Source of the DNA: an uncultured Rhodospirillaceae bacterium
Lineage (GTDB): Bacteria; Pseudomonadota; Alphaproteobacteria; UBA7887
Direction: 5' to 3'
Length of the DNA: 64,000 nt
Assembly: GCA_964408735.1 (NCBI GenBank)
Contig: CAYPAX010000005.1
Location: 374 to 64,373, forward strand
This document shows positions 1 to 9,669 of this stretch, piece by piece; positions within the stretch are counted from its first letter, which is position 1, and every line of letters begins with the position of its first letter. A program made the position numbers and the translations under genes. The notes below the pieces were generated by a model. It did not search any database and was not told where the DNA came from. It worked only from the letters and a program-made list of their open reading frames with translations.

Positions 1-575
1 CGACCCTGACCTTTCAGCAAATCGCCGAATTCAGTGGCCTGCATCTGTTAGAGGTGCAGGGTATCGCCGACGGCGAAGTGGCCGTGGGCATCGTCGGGCT
101 CGATCCCACCGCCAACGGCCAGCTGACGCGCGAGGAGCTGGAACGCTGCACGGGCGATCCGGAGGCGCGCCTGGCGCTGCGCGAAGCCGTGGTGCCCGAT
201 GCGCCGCGGCGCAAGGGGCCGCGCTATACGCCTGTCTCCAAGCGCGGCGAGCGGCCGGATGCGATCTCCTGGCTGTTGAAGTACACGCCCGAGCTTTCGG
301 ATGCGCAGATCTGCAAGCTGGTCGGCACCACCAAGCCCACCATCGAGGCGGTGCGCAGCCGCAGCCACTGGAACATCAGCAATATCCGACCGCGCGATCC
401 CGTGCTGCTCGGCATTTGCAGCCAGACCGATCTCGAAGAGCATCTGGTCAAGGCGCGCAAGCGGCGGCCCGACGCTGTTGCGCCGCCGCCCGAGCCAATG
501 TCCGAGCCCGAGCCTACGCATGAAGCCAATATCGATCCGGAGTCGCTGTTCAAGACAAGCGACGACGCCGCCTGA
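1..575 (+). CDS. trcR: DUF1013 family protein / cell-cycle regulator TrcR (5' end outside window)
   Basis: Frame open from base 3: TLTFQQIAEFSGLHLLEVQGIADGEVA...YTPVSKRGERPDAISWL...RSHWNISNIRPRDPVLLGICSQ, typical of alphaproteobacterial DUF1013. Confidence 0.85.
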   Translation, partial: TLTFQQIAEFSGLHLLEVQGIADGEVAVGIVGLDPTANGQLTREELERCTGDPEARLALREAVVPDAPRRKGPRYTPVSKRGERPDAISWLLKYTPELSDAQICKLVGTTKPTIEAVRSRSHWNISNIRPRDPVLLGICSQTDLEEHLVKARKRRPDAVAPPPEPMSEPEPTHEANIDPESLFKTSDDAA

Positions 576-597
576 GGCAGCGGGCGGGCGTACGGCG

Positions 598-2064
598 ATG
601 AGCGACTTGACGGGTCTCGCCGAGCACGTCGAGCATCTCGCCCGGGCGCGGGTGCTGTGTATCGGCGACCTCATGCTCGACCGTTTCATTTACGGCGAGG
701 TCTCCCGCATCTCGCCCGAGGCACCGATTCCGGTGATGCGGGTCGAGCGCGAGTTGGCCATGCTCGGCGGAGCCGGCAATGTCGCTCGGAATCTGATCTC
801 GCTGGGTGCGTCCTGCACTTTCCTGTCGTTGCTGGGGCGCGACACGGTGGGGCGCGAGCTGGCGGGCATGGTTGGTGCCGAACCGCGTATCGAGGCCTAT
901 CTGCTGACCGATCCGGAACGGGTCTCGACCATCAAGAGCCGCTATCTGGCCGCCGGCCAGCAGCTTTTGCGCACGGACCACGAGACCGCGGAGCCGGTCA
1001 GCCCGGCGATAGCCGAGGACCTTCAGCGCGCCGCCGTCGATGCCATCGAAGGGCATCAGGCCGTGGTGCTGTCGGATTACGGCAAGGGGGCGCTGTCGGC
1101 GACCCTGATCGAGGCGGTGATCGCCCGCGCACGCGAGCTCGGGGTTCCCGTTGTCGTAGACCCCAAAGGCGACGATTTCGGCCGCTATCGTGGTGCCAGC
1201 GTGATCAGCCCGAACCGCAACGAGCTTGCCGCGGCTGCCCGCCAGGCGGTCGGCGACGATGACGAGGTCGTGGCCGCGGCACTTGCTTTGATCGCCGCTT
1301 GCGGCTTCGATGCCGTTCTGGCGACCCGCGGCAGCCGCGGCATGAGCCTGGTCGGCGCCGACGAGGTGACGCATTTATCGGCCCGCGGCCAGGATGTTTT
1401 CGACGTCTCCGGCGCCGGCGATACGGTGGTGGCGACTTTCGCTGCCGCTGTCGGCTGCGGCTTGCCGGCGGCCGAGGCGGCAAGCCTCGCCAATGTTGCG
1501 GCCGGTATCGTGGTCGGCAAGGTCGGCACCGCCGTGGTCACGGCGGGCGACCTCGAAGCGGCCCTGCGCCACGGCGACGTGCTCGACAGCGAATCCAAAA
1601 TTCTCGCCGCCGACCGCGCCGATGAGCGCCTGGCGCGCTGGCGCCGCCAAGGCCAGCGTATCGGCTTCACAAACGGCTGCTTCGATCTGCTGCATCCGGG
1701 ACATGTCTCACTGATGCGCCAAGCCCGCGCTGCTTGCGACCGGCTTGTTGTCGGCCTCAACAGCGATGCCTCGGTGGCTCGCCTCAAGGGCCCCGATCGG
1801 CCAGTACAGGGCGAGGCCGCGCGCGCCCTCGTGCTGGCCTCGCTGGAAGACGTCGACCTGGTGGTGGTGTTCGGCGAGGATACGCCGCTGGCGCTGATCG
1901 AGCGCTTCCGCCCCGACGTTCTGGTCAAGGGCGCTGACTATGCCCTCGACGACGTGGTCGGCGGCGACCTGGTGCGCGGCTGGGGCGGGCGCGTGGTGCT
2001 GGCCAACCTCGAGCCCGGCCACAGCACGTCCGGCACCATCGAGCGCTTGGCGCGGGGCGCCTGA
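598..2064 (+). CDS. hldE: Bifunctional D-beta-D-heptose 7-phosphate kinase / heptose 1-phosphate adenylyltransferase
   Basis: PfkB domain (GDLMLD, RISPEAPIPV, DVSGAGDTV) fused to a cytidylyltransferase domain (FTNGCFDLLHPGH, GLNSDASV, VKGADY); ATG at 598. Confidence 0.95.
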   Translation: MSDLTGLAEHVEHLARARVLCIGDLMLDRFIYGEVSRISPEAPIPVMRVERELAMLGGAGNVARNLISLGASCTFLSLLGRDTVGRELAGMVGAEPRIEAYLLTDPERVSTIKSRYLAAGQQLLRTDHETAEPVSPAIAEDLQRAAVDAIEGHQAVVLSDYGKGALSATLIEAVIARARELGVPVVVDPKGDDFGRYRGASVISPNRNELAAAARQAVGDDDEVVAAALALIAACGFDAVLATRGSRGMSLVGADEVTHLSARGQDVFDVSGAGDTVVATFAAAVGCGLPAAEAASLANVAAGIVVGKVGTAVVTAGDLEAALRHGDVLDSESKILAADRADERLARWRRQGQRIGFTNGCFDLLHPGHVSLMRQARAACDRLVVGLNSDASVARLKGPDRPVQGEAARALVLASLEDVDLVVVFGEDTPLALIERFRPDVLVKGADYALDDVVGGDLVRGWGGRVVLANLEPGHSTSGTIERLARGA

Positions 2065-2068
2065 CGGC

Positions 2069-2671
2069 ATGGGCGTGCCACGGCTGATCGTCGGCATCAG
2101 CGGGGCCTCCGGCGCGATCTACGGCGTGCGCCTGTTGGAGCTGTTGCAGCCGCTTGCCGTCGAGGCCCATCTGGTGATGAGTCGCACCGCCGAGATCACC
2201 CTGGCGCACGAGACCGACCGCAAGCTGGCGGCGGTGCGCGAGCTTGCCGATGCCTGGTATCCCGTCGACGATCTTGCCGCGGCGCCGTCGAGCGGCTCCC
2301 ACGGCGGCCTCGGCATGATCGTAGCACCCTGTTCGGTGCGCAGCATGTCGGAGATCGCCACCGGGCTTTGCGCCAACCTGCTGACCCGCGCCGCCGACGT
2401 CACCCTCAAGGAGCAGCGCAAGCTTGTGCTGATGGTGCGTGAGACGCCGCTGCACGCCATCCACCTTGCCAATATGACGCGCCTGGCCGAACTCGGCGTG
2501 GTCATCGCGCCGCCGGTTCCGGCCTTCTACGCGCGCCCCGACAGCCTCGAATCCATGGTCGATCACACATTGGGAAGAGTGCTCGATCTGTTCGGTCTCG
2601 ACAGTGGCACGGTCAGTCGCTGGCAAGGCACTGCGGCCGGCGGCCGCCGCCGCTTGCCATCCGATTCCTGA
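2069..2671 (+). CDS. ubiX: Flavin prenyltransferase UbiX
   Basis: IVGISGASGAIYG, APCSVRS, NLLTRAADVTLKEQRKLVL, VRETPL, PPVPAFY. Confidence 0.93.
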   Translation: MGVPRLIVGISGASGAIYGVRLLELLQPLAVEAHLVMSRTAEITLAHETDRKLAAVRELADAWYPVDDLAAAPSSGSHGGLGMIVAPCSVRSMSEIATGLCANLLTRAADVTLKEQRKLVLMVRETPLHAIHLANMTRLAELGVVIAPPVPAFYARPDSLESMVDHTLGRVLDLFGLDSGTVSRWQGTAAGGRRRLPSDS

Positions 2672-2693
2672 TGGCTATAGTGCGCGCGCTACC

Positions 2694-2768
2694 GGGCGCG
2701 TAGCTCAGCGGGAGAGCACCACGTTGACATCGTGGGGGTCGCTGGTTCAATCCCAGCCGCGCCCACCA
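2694..2768 (+). tRNA. tRNA-Val (GAC)
   Basis: GGGCGCG/CGCGCCC acceptor stem, TAGCTCAG D-arm, anticodon arm CCACG-TT GAC AT-CGTGG, GGTTCAATCC T-arm, encoded CCA. Confidence 0.97.
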
Positions 2769-3254
2769 GCGATTTCAATACCTTGCGAAATCCCCGATGG
2801 ATTGCTTCAGCTCTGTTGGCGACCAAATGGCAACCATTGTGACGAATGTAGGGCCGCCGATGGCCCACTCATCCAATAATGCAAAAGGCCCTGTACGGGC
2901 TCCTTAGAGTCAAACAACACGCTCTCTCGCGGAGATCGGGCGCCGCCGCCAGCGCCGCAGGTCCGTTGTTCTGTCAGCTCCGGGCACATCAGGCGACTGG
3001 GCCAGTAGGCGGGGTTAGCCACAACCAGTCATTCCGCGAGTGTAATCCTGGCGTTAACGTCGCCCGGTTTCCAGTAGCAGCCGACCGTGTTAGGTTCGCT
3101 CGAACAGCTCATAGAACGTTTTTTTGGCTCGTCCCACGTCGGCTTGGCGATGCGCGGGAGAGTGCCCTTGCGTGTCGTTTGTTCGGCTACCTGAGTTTTT
3201 GGCCGAGGCGGGCGCTGCAACGGCACGGCCAAAAGGAAACCAGGGAGAGTATCC

Positions 3255-4124
3255 ATGTCGGGCGATGCCGCTTTCGGGGAGATCAACGAAGCCAAAGCCA
3301 ACATGGATCACATTTATGATCAGCCTGACCCGAGGGCTTATTTCCGCGAGCTGAGAAAGCTGGGTTACGCGATCCCCGGCGCCGCCAAACCGATTTTCCA
3401 GACGCTGATCTCGCATCTTCGCCGTCGCCACAACGACACCGTCCATGTGCTCGACCTGGGTTGCTCCTATGGCGTAAATGCGGCCCTGTTGAAACACGAC
3501 TTGTCGATGTCGGAGCTGTTCGACCATTGGGGAGACGACGCCCTTACGGAGATTACGGCGGAACAGGTCGTCGCGCACGATCAACATTTTTTCAACGAAC
3601 TTGACGAGCCCGAGGACATTGAAGTGATCGGTCTCGACCAGGCCGAGCAGGCCGTGGCCTTCGCTGAGGAGGCGGGCCTGTTGGATGAGGGCCTCGCCAT
3701 CAATCTCGAACTAGAGCCGTTGCCCGAAGCAGCGAAACAGGATCTGGCACCGGTCGACCTGGTCACTTCGACAGGATGTGTTGGTTATTTGACCGAGAAG
3801 AGCTTTGATCGATTGCTGCCCGCCGTGACGCAGGGGCAGTCGCCGTGGATCGGAAATTTCGTGCTGCGCTTGTTCCCGTTTGATCCGATCGAGGCGACCT
3901 TGGACGATTGGGGCTATGTGACGGAAAAACTCGAAAGTCGGACCTTCGTTCAACGTCGGTTTGAATCCTCCGCTGAGCGTAAGCAAGTGCTGGAGCAGCT
4001 GCGCGAGAACGGCATCGATCCGAGCGGCATGGAGACCGAGGGCCATTTGCTCGCAGAGTTTTATCTGTCGCGCCCGGCCAACGAGGCGGCCGAGATCGCC
4101 ATTGAGCGTCTACTGCCGGCTTGA
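3255..4124 (+). CDS. Class I SAM-dependent methyltransferase-like protein
   Basis: Motif I VLDLGCSYG, acidic VIGLD, DLVTSTGCVGY; GGGAG RBS upstream. Confidence 0.75.
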   Translation: MSGDAAFGEINEAKANMDHIYDQPDPRAYFRELRKLGYAIPGAAKPIFQTLISHLRRRHNDTVHVLDLGCSYGVNAALLKHDLSMSELFDHWGDDALTEITAEQVVAHDQHFFNELDEPEDIEVIGLDQAEQAVAFAEEAGLLDEGLAINLELEPLPEAAKQDLAPVDLVTSTGCVGYLTEKSFDRLLPAVTQGQSPWIGNFVLRLFPFDPIEATLDDWGYVTEKLESRTFVQRRFESSAERKQVLEQLRENGIDPSGMETEGHLLAEFYLSRPANEAAEIAIERLLPA

Positions 4125-4342
4125 TCACCACGTCCCGGATTGTCGCGTTCGGGTCGATGCTGTCGAAAAGTGGCTTGAGGCCGATGTTGAGGGCCTCCGT
4201 GATGTCAGGCGGGCAACAAAGCGCAGGCGTTCTTCCATAACCGAACTCTCTTTCCACGGCATCAATAGCTCACGCCAAAAGGCAAAAAGTGTTACCTAGA
4301 TGTCCGGTACAGAACGTCACCTATGTCTCGAGTCGCTCATTC

Positions 4343-5143
4343 TCAGCCTTGCAGAACCGCTTTCGCCGTTGCCGCCAGCACGGCCAGCGCGTCGACCGTG
4401 CCGTCGGCCTCGCCTTTTTCGAAATCGCCTTCGATCTGGCCCATCTGGTTGGTGACGTGGGCGAAGCAGAGCACGGGCTTGGCCCGTGCCCGGGCGAAGG
4501 CGTAGAGCGCCGCGGCCTCCATCTCCACCGCCAGCAGGTTCTTCTCGCGCATGGCCTCGATCGCCGTCGCGGTCTCGCGGAAGGGGGCGTCCGTGGTCCA
4601 GGTGGCGCCGCGCTCGACGGGCACGCGCAAGCCGCGGAAGGCGCCATCCAGGGCTGTTGCCAGCTGCGGGTCTGCGTGGCTGAACTCGGCGGCCGGGGCG
4701 TAGTGGTAGCTCGTGCCTTCGTCGCGCAAGGCCTTGTCGATGAGGATGAAATAGGGCGGTGGGCGCAAATCCGCGAGCTGGCCTGCCGATGTCATGCTGA
4801 TCAGTAGCCGGCAGCCGCAGGCGAACAGCTCCTCCGCGACAAGCACGGCGAAGGCGGAGCCGACGGCATTGGCGACGACGCCGAAGGCCATGCCGGCCTC
4901 GTCGAAGCGCCGCAGGCTGGTGTGGTAGCAGGACCAGCCGGGGTCGTCCTCGGCGCGACCGCTCTCGGCCAGGCGCTGGGCGAGGTCGCCGTCCGGGTCG
5001 AGCACACAGACCTCGGGCACCGTCGCCGGCGCCAATCCCTTTTGGCGGCGCGCTTCGCGCAGCAGGCTCTCGGGCGTGAAGACGGATGGCTCGTCGTGAT
5101 GCTTGTGCGCCAGGATGGGCGCGCGTGCCGGGGGCCTGGTCAC
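4343..5143 (-). CDS. Nucleoside (uridine/purine) phosphorylase family protein
   Basis: AVLVAEELFACG, ALRDEGTSYHY, TWTTDAPFRET, AVEMEAAAL; GTG start overlaps the upstream TGA (GTGA). Confidence 0.85.
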   Translation of the reverse strand: MTRPPARAPILAHKHHDEPSVFTPESLLREARRQKGLAPATVPEVCVLDPDGDLAQRLAESGRAEDDPGWSCYHTSLRRFDEAGMAFGVVANAVGSAFAVLVAEELFACGCRLLISMTSAGQLADLRPPPYFILIDKALRDEGTSYHYAPAAEFSHADPQLATALDGAFRGLRVPVERGATWTTDAPFRETATAIEAMREKNLLAVEMEAAALYAFARARAKPVLCFAHVTNQMGQIEGDFEKGEADGTVDALAVLAATAKAVLQG

Positions 5144-5880
5144 AGAAATTTCCTGCCGGCGGCAGCGAAAGTCGGCCGCGACGGGCCGGGCCAATAGCTC
5201 AGCGGCAGGCCGATCTCGCGGATCAGCTTTTCGACCATGGCGCGCTCGAAATCCTCGTAATCCTCGGCGCGGACCACGAAGGCGCTTTCGCCGCTGACCA
5301 CGGATTCTTCGTAATATATGTCGACGAAGGGCTGCTCGTTGGCGATCGCCAGGCCGTTCACGGTAACGCCGCGCTTTTCGGCTTCCTCATGGATCATCAA
5401 GGGCGGCGGGCCGGAATTGCTGCGGCCGTCGCCTGAGACGTCGATGGTCCGCCGGCCACCATCGAAGGCGTTGTTCCGCAGTTGCGCCAGTGCGAAATAG
5501 ATTGCCGCCCCGATCGCCGTCGAACCTCCGGAAATGAGGCGCGGGCTGGTCCGAATACGCTCGGAAAAGCGCGCGGCATCAGTGGCGTTGGCAATGCGCG
5601 TCCATTCGATCGCCACGGCCTGGGCCCTGGCGTCGGACCATTGCAGCACTGTCACGGCAATGCCGTCGACGGTCGAGGCCTCGATCGCCGAGAGCACATC
5701 CGGGTGCCGGAAGGCGGCGGCCAGGCCGTTCATCTGCAAGTCGTATTCGCCGGCATCGACGCTCGACGAGACGTCGACGGCGAGAACCAGCTCGAGATCG
5801 ACGAGCTGGCCCTGGGCCAGGGCGGCCGGCAGGCAGAGCGCCCAGGCATAAAGCGCCGCCGCTGTTGCCAAGCCTCTCAC
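5140..5880 (-). CDS. DUF1194 (vWA-like) exported protein
   Basis: Signal peptide, DLELVLAVDVSSSVD, IDVSGDGRSN, VTVNGLAI, KLIREI; GTGA coupling at both ends. Confidence 0.85.
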   Translation of the reverse strand: MRGLATAAALYAWALCLPAALAQGQLVDLELVLAVDVSSSVDAGEYDLQMNGLAAAFRHPDVLSAIEASTVDGIAVTVLQWSDARAQAVAIEWTRIANATDAARFSERIRTSPRLISGGSTAIGAAIYFALAQLRNNAFDGGRRTIDVSGDGRSNSGPPPLMIHEEAEKRGVTVNGLAIANEQPFVDIYYEESVVSGESAFVVRAEDYEDFERAMVEKLIREIGLPLSYWPGPSRPTFAAAGRKFL

Positions 5881-6734
5881 GGCAGAGACCTGACGACCCT
5901 CAGGCCGATGCTGTCGCGGCTCTCGTAGCGCGGCAGGCCCGCGCGCGCGGCCGAGCGCGCCTCGGCGGGTGGGCTTTGCCAACTGCCGCCGCGATGAACC
6001 TTCCAATTGCAGTTGCCCGGCGGGTAGGGGGCATAGGGCTCCGGCAGGCTGCTGCGCAGGGATAGCGTGCGGGCATTGCCGTCTTCCGGCGCGCCGCCAT
6101 AGCCCTCGTACCAGCAATCCTCGACCCATTCCGAGAGATTGCCGGCCATATCGTGCAAGCCGAAGGGGTTGGTGCGATAGCCGCCGGCCGGCGCCGGGCC
6201 GTCATAGCCGTCGCAGGTAGTGCCGGCGAGGTTGGCAAAAGGGCATGACACAGCGGCAGTGTCGCCCCAGAACCAGGGCGTGGCGGTTCCCGCCCGGGCC
6301 GCATATTCCCACTCCGCCTCGCTCGGCAGGCGGTAGGTCCGGCCGCTCTTCGCCGTCAGCCAGGCCGTGTAATCCTTGGCGTCGTTCCAGCTGATGCCGC
6401 CCACTGGCGTCTCGGCTGCTGCCGGCGCTTGCGGCGCATTGCAGGCGCCGTCGTCGACGCAGGCCTGCCACTCGCGGCTGCTGACTTCGGTCAGGCCGAT
6501 GGCGATCGGGCGGCGAATCTCGACCTTGTGCAATGGCCCCTCCGTATTCTCGCGGCCCGCCTCGCCGTCCGGCGAGCCCATGGCGAAATCGCCCACCGGC
6601 AGCACCACCATCTCAGGGCACTCGGCGCAATCGCCGAAGCGCTCGCCAGGTTGCGGCGGCGCTGCTGCGGCAGCGGCACTCCACATCAGCAAAGCGCTCG
6701 TAGCGTAGGCCAGGCGGCTCGGTGTCGGCGTCAT
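5877..6734 (-). CDS. Formylglycine-generating enzyme (SUMF1/EgtB/PvdO) domain exported protein
   Basis: DCAECPEMV, RLPSEAEWEYAARAG, NPFGLHDMAGNLSEWVEDCW, RGGSW, GLRVVR; signal peptide. Confidence 0.9.
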   Translation of the reverse strand: MTPTPSRLAYATSALLMWSAAAAAAPPQPGERFGDCAECPEMVVLPVGDFAMGSPDGEAGRENTEGPLHKVEIRRPIAIGLTEVSSREWQACVDDGACNAPQAPAAAETPVGGISWNDAKDYTAWLTAKSGRTYRLPSEAEWEYAARAGTATPWFWGDTAAVSCPFANLAGTTCDGYDGPAPAGGYRTNPFGLHDMAGNLSEWVEDCWYEGYGGAPEDGNARTLSLRSSLPEPYAPYPPGNCNWKVHRGGSWQSPPAEARSAARAGLPRYESRDSIGLRVVRSLP

Positions 6735-6765
6735 CTGTCCCCCCTGCGGCTCCGGTCGGCTCCGT

Positions 6766-8157
6766 CTATTGGAACATTTCCGCGTAATGGGTCAGCGCCC
6801 AGCCGATCATCTCGTCGCCCATGTCGACGCTGCGGTTCATGTTGCGGTCGCGCCAGGCGAAGGCGGCGCCGGAATCCATCCACTCGTTTATGGTCTTCTC
6901 CTGGCTCAAGGCCGTGATGTTGGCCAGCGGCGGCAGGTATTCGGAGCCGAAATAGATCGCCTGCGCGGGGTCGGCCGCGACCATCGAGTAGCAGCTCGTA
7001 TAGGGGCTCTCCCATTCGATCTCGTGGCCGGCGATGCGCCCGGCGATGACCTTGGCGACGAAGCGCGCCTCGGCCTGCGCCGTCGAGCCGCTCTTGGAGA
7101 AGCCGGTGGAGCGGGAATCGCCGATCACGTAGACGTGAAAGTCGTCGATCAGATTGTTGCGGTACTGGCTGATGCGAGCTTCCATCTGCGGGCTGGTCTC
7201 GCTGACCAGTCCCATGGTCTCGATCAGGCGGGCGCCGCGGATGCGCGGATAGATCGAGGCATCGTCGAACTGGTAGTCGTCGATGTCCTCGATGAGGATC
7301 TTGTTCTCCACGTCTACCCCGCGCACCTTCGTCGAGGGGTAATACTCGATGTAGTCCTTGTAGAGCTCGTCGAAGGCCGCATGGAAGCCTTCGCCCTTGA
7401 TCTTGATGTCGTGATTGTTGTCGAGCAGCACCACCTTGGCCGGCAGCTTCTTGCGCTTGAACACGGCGGCGATCATGCAGGCGCGCTCATAGGGCGCCGG
7501 CGGGCAGCGGTAATTGCCGCTCGGCACCGTGAGCAGGAAGATGCCGCGGCGGAAATTGTCGACCTTCTGCTTGAGCGTGATGTGCTCGGAGCCAGGCTTG
7601 AAGGCAGCGGGGAAGTGGGTCATCACCGCTTGCTTGTGTTCGGGTTCGTGCACGCCGATATCGTCGTAGTCGTAGTCGATGCCCGGCGACAGCACCAGAT
7701 AGTCGTAATCGACGTAGCCCTTCTCGGTATAGACACGCTTCTTGTCGCGATCGACGTCGACCACCGTGGCGTTGAAGAAGGTGTAATCGTTGTTGCGCGC
7801 CGCATCGACGAAGCTGTGGATGAGGAACTTGTAGTCGATGATGTCGGCGAGCCAGAGATTGCTGACCGGGCAGGACATGAAGACCGAGCGCCGCTCGATC
7901 AGGATCACCTCCATCTCCGGCACCCGCAGCTTTAGGTGCTTGGCCATGGTCAGGCCGCCCCAGCCGCCGCCGATGACGACCCCTCGCAGGCCGCGCTTGG
8001 GTGGCAGCTCGGCCATGTTTTCGACCAAAATGACCGGTTGGTGTGGCACGGATTGGGCCGCGTTCGCCGTGCGTCCGCCCAGGCCTGCCGCCATCATGCC
8101 CGCGGTCGCACCCGCGGTTCCGGCAAGAAATTTGCGTCTCGACAGATCTTTTTTCAC
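6766..8157 (-). CDS. Tat-exported flavocytochrome c sulfide dehydrogenase flavoprotein (FccB/SoxF family)
   Basis: SRRKFL Tat motif, GGGWGG FAD fold, SCPVSN, YRCPPAPYERA, SKSG, TSCYS redox-cysteine motifs. Confidence 0.85.
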   Translation of the reverse strand: MKKDLSRRKFLAGTAGATAGMMAAGLGGRTANAAQSVPHQPVILVENMAELPPKRGLRGVVIGGGWGGLTMAKHLKLRVPEMEVILIERRSVFMSCPVSNLWLADIIDYKFLIHSFVDAARNNDYTFFNATVVDVDRDKKRVYTEKGYVDYDYLVLSPGIDYDYDDIGVHEPEHKQAVMTHFPAAFKPGSEHITLKQKVDNFRRGIFLLTVPSGNYRCPPAPYERACMIAAVFKRKKLPAKVVLLDNNHDIKIKGEGFHAAFDELYKDYIEYYPSTKVRGVDVENKILIEDIDDYQFDDASIYPRIRGARLIETMGLVSETSPQMEARISQYRNNLIDDFHVYVIGDSRSTGFSKSGSTAQAEARFVAKVIAGRIAGHEIEWESPYTSCYSMVAADPAQAIYFGSEYLPPLANITALSQEKTINEWMDSGAAFAWRDRNMNRSVDMGDEMIGWALTHYAEMFQ

Positions 8158-8346
8158 GTCTCTTCCCGTTCCAGCTCCAAGGTGACTCTCGCAGCGGCCA
8201 TTGTGGCGGCCTTATTTTGTGGCGCGGGACACTAGCAGAACGCGTCAGCGCACGCCAATGCCGCCAGCTTGTTCCGGTCCGGGCAAGCGTGTACGCTTGC
8301 CGGCGCTGTGCGAGATCGAAAGCTTGATGGACTGTGGCGCCAAGGT

Positions 8347-8841
8347 TTGGCGCCGGAATTGACGAGGCGCCACCTGGTGTTGGGCGCCGGCGCTGTGGCT
8401 TTGCTCGGGCCGGCCGTGCAAGCCCAGGAGAGCGAGCTGGTTGCGCCGCCGGAGTCCCACGAGGCGGAGCTTGCCGCCAACCGCGTCAAGGCGGAGAGCA
8501 TCCTGGCCGGCGTTATCGCCGGGCGGCCTTTGCGCGACGGCCTGATCTCGGGGACGGTGCCGGATATCGCCGAGGACGGCAGCGCCGTGCCTGTCTCCTT
8601 CAAGGTTGCCTGCTCGATGAGCGGGGAGGACTATCCGGCCTCGGTCCACGTCATCGCCATGGTCAATCCCTTCCCGGAGATCGCGCGCTACCATTTCACG
8701 CCCGCCTGTGGCGAGGCCGAGGTCTCGTTTCGCTGTCGCATGCGGGCGACCTCGGACCTGGTGCTGGTGGCGGACATGGCCGACGGCACGGTGGGGCTGA
8801 GCAAGCACTTCGTCAATGTCACCATGGGCGCCTGCTCGTAA
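8347..8841 (+). CDS. soxY: SoxY-like sulfur carrier protein (Tat), non-canonical C-terminal arm; exact start uncertain
   Basis: TRRHLV Tat motif, PDIAEDGSAVPV, NPFP, RMRATSD, C-terminus VNVTMGACS. Confidence 0.8.
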   Translation: MAPELTRRHLVLGAGAVALLGPAVQAQESELVAPPESHEAELAANRVKAESILAGVIAGRPLRDGLISGTVPDIAEDGSAVPVSFKVACSMSGEDYPASVHVIAMVNPFPEIARYHFTPACGEAEVSFRCRMRATSDLVLVADMADGTVGLSKHFVNVTMGACS

Positions 8842-8850
8842 GGGGGCGAA

Positions 8851-9198
8851 GTGGCGGAACGCGACAGGCGGCGGCGATTGCGAGTACCGAAGACGGCGGT
8901 GCCGGGCGAGATCATCCAGATCAAGTGCCTGGCCGAGCATGTCATGGAGTCGGGCCGCCGCAAGCATCCCGAGACCGGCGAGCTGGTGCCGCGGTTCCTC
9001 ATCAACCGCATGGAATGCCGCTACAACGGCGAGCTGGTGTTTTTCGCCGACTGGTTCAACGGCATGTCGGCCAATCCCTATTCCGCCTTCAAGCTCAGGG
9101 CCACGGAGTCCGGCACGATCGAGGTGACCTGGATCGAGGACGACGGCACCGTGACCACGGCCTCGCGCGATATCGAGGTGGCCGAGCTGTCGGAATAA
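8851..9198 (+). CDS. soxZ: SoxZ-like sulfur carrier subunit
   Basis: HVMESGRRK, G.LVPRFLI, YNGELVF, MSANPY..F, VTWIEDDG. Confidence 0.85.
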   Translation: MAERDRRRRLRVPKTAVPGEIIQIKCLAEHVMESGRRKHPETGELVPRFLINRMECRYNGELVFFADWFNGMSANPYSAFKLRATESGTIEVTWIEDDGTVTTASRDIEVAELSE

Positions 9199-9219
9199 CC
9201 AAGCATGGAGGCGCCTGCC

Positions 9220-9669
9220 ATGAATTCAGCAAGATATCCGTTGGCGGCGCTATGCTTGGCTTGGGCGCTATCATTCGTGTCGCCCGCAATGGCCGAGACC
9301 ATCGACCGGGTGGTGGTGGATGCCACAGGGCTGACACGCGAAGGCGCCATTGAGAACTCGGCCGAGATCGCGGTCAGGATGACCATGGAACGCTATGTCC
9401 GGCCGAGCTCGCTCGACGCCAATTCGGAACAGATTCGCTACCGCATATTGGACGAGAGCCAGAGCTATCTGAAATCCCTTGAAGTGCTCGAAGAGACCCT
9501 GCTCGAAGACGGGCTATTCTTGGTCAAGGCCAAAGTCCTGGTAGACGTCGGCAAGCTCGCGACCTCGTTGCGAAACCTGCAGGTTACCTTGCGCTTGCTG
9601 GCGCCGGGGGCGGATCAGGCGGTCGAGGGCCGCCGCCGCGCGCCGAGGGTGCCACAGGGCGTCGATTAA
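9220..9669 (+). CDS. Exported hypothetical protein (possibly FlgT-N/LPP20-like fold)
   Basis: GGAGG RBS, AMA signal-peptidase site, pattern VDATG.TREGAIENS; coupled behind soxZ. Confidence 0.55.
   Translation: MNSARYPLAALCLAWALSFVSPAMAETIDRVVVDATGLTREGAIENSAEIAVRMTMERYVRPSSLDANSEQIRYRILDESQSYLKSLEVLEETLLEDGLFLVKAKVLVDVGKLATSLRNLQVTLRLLAPGADQAVEGRRRAPRVPQGVD

Noticed and set aside
4124-4340. Possible gene remnant (EREFGYGRTPALCCPPD...) on the minus strand
   Set aside because: No clear start or family and it runs antisense into the methyltransferase; cannot be supported without a search.
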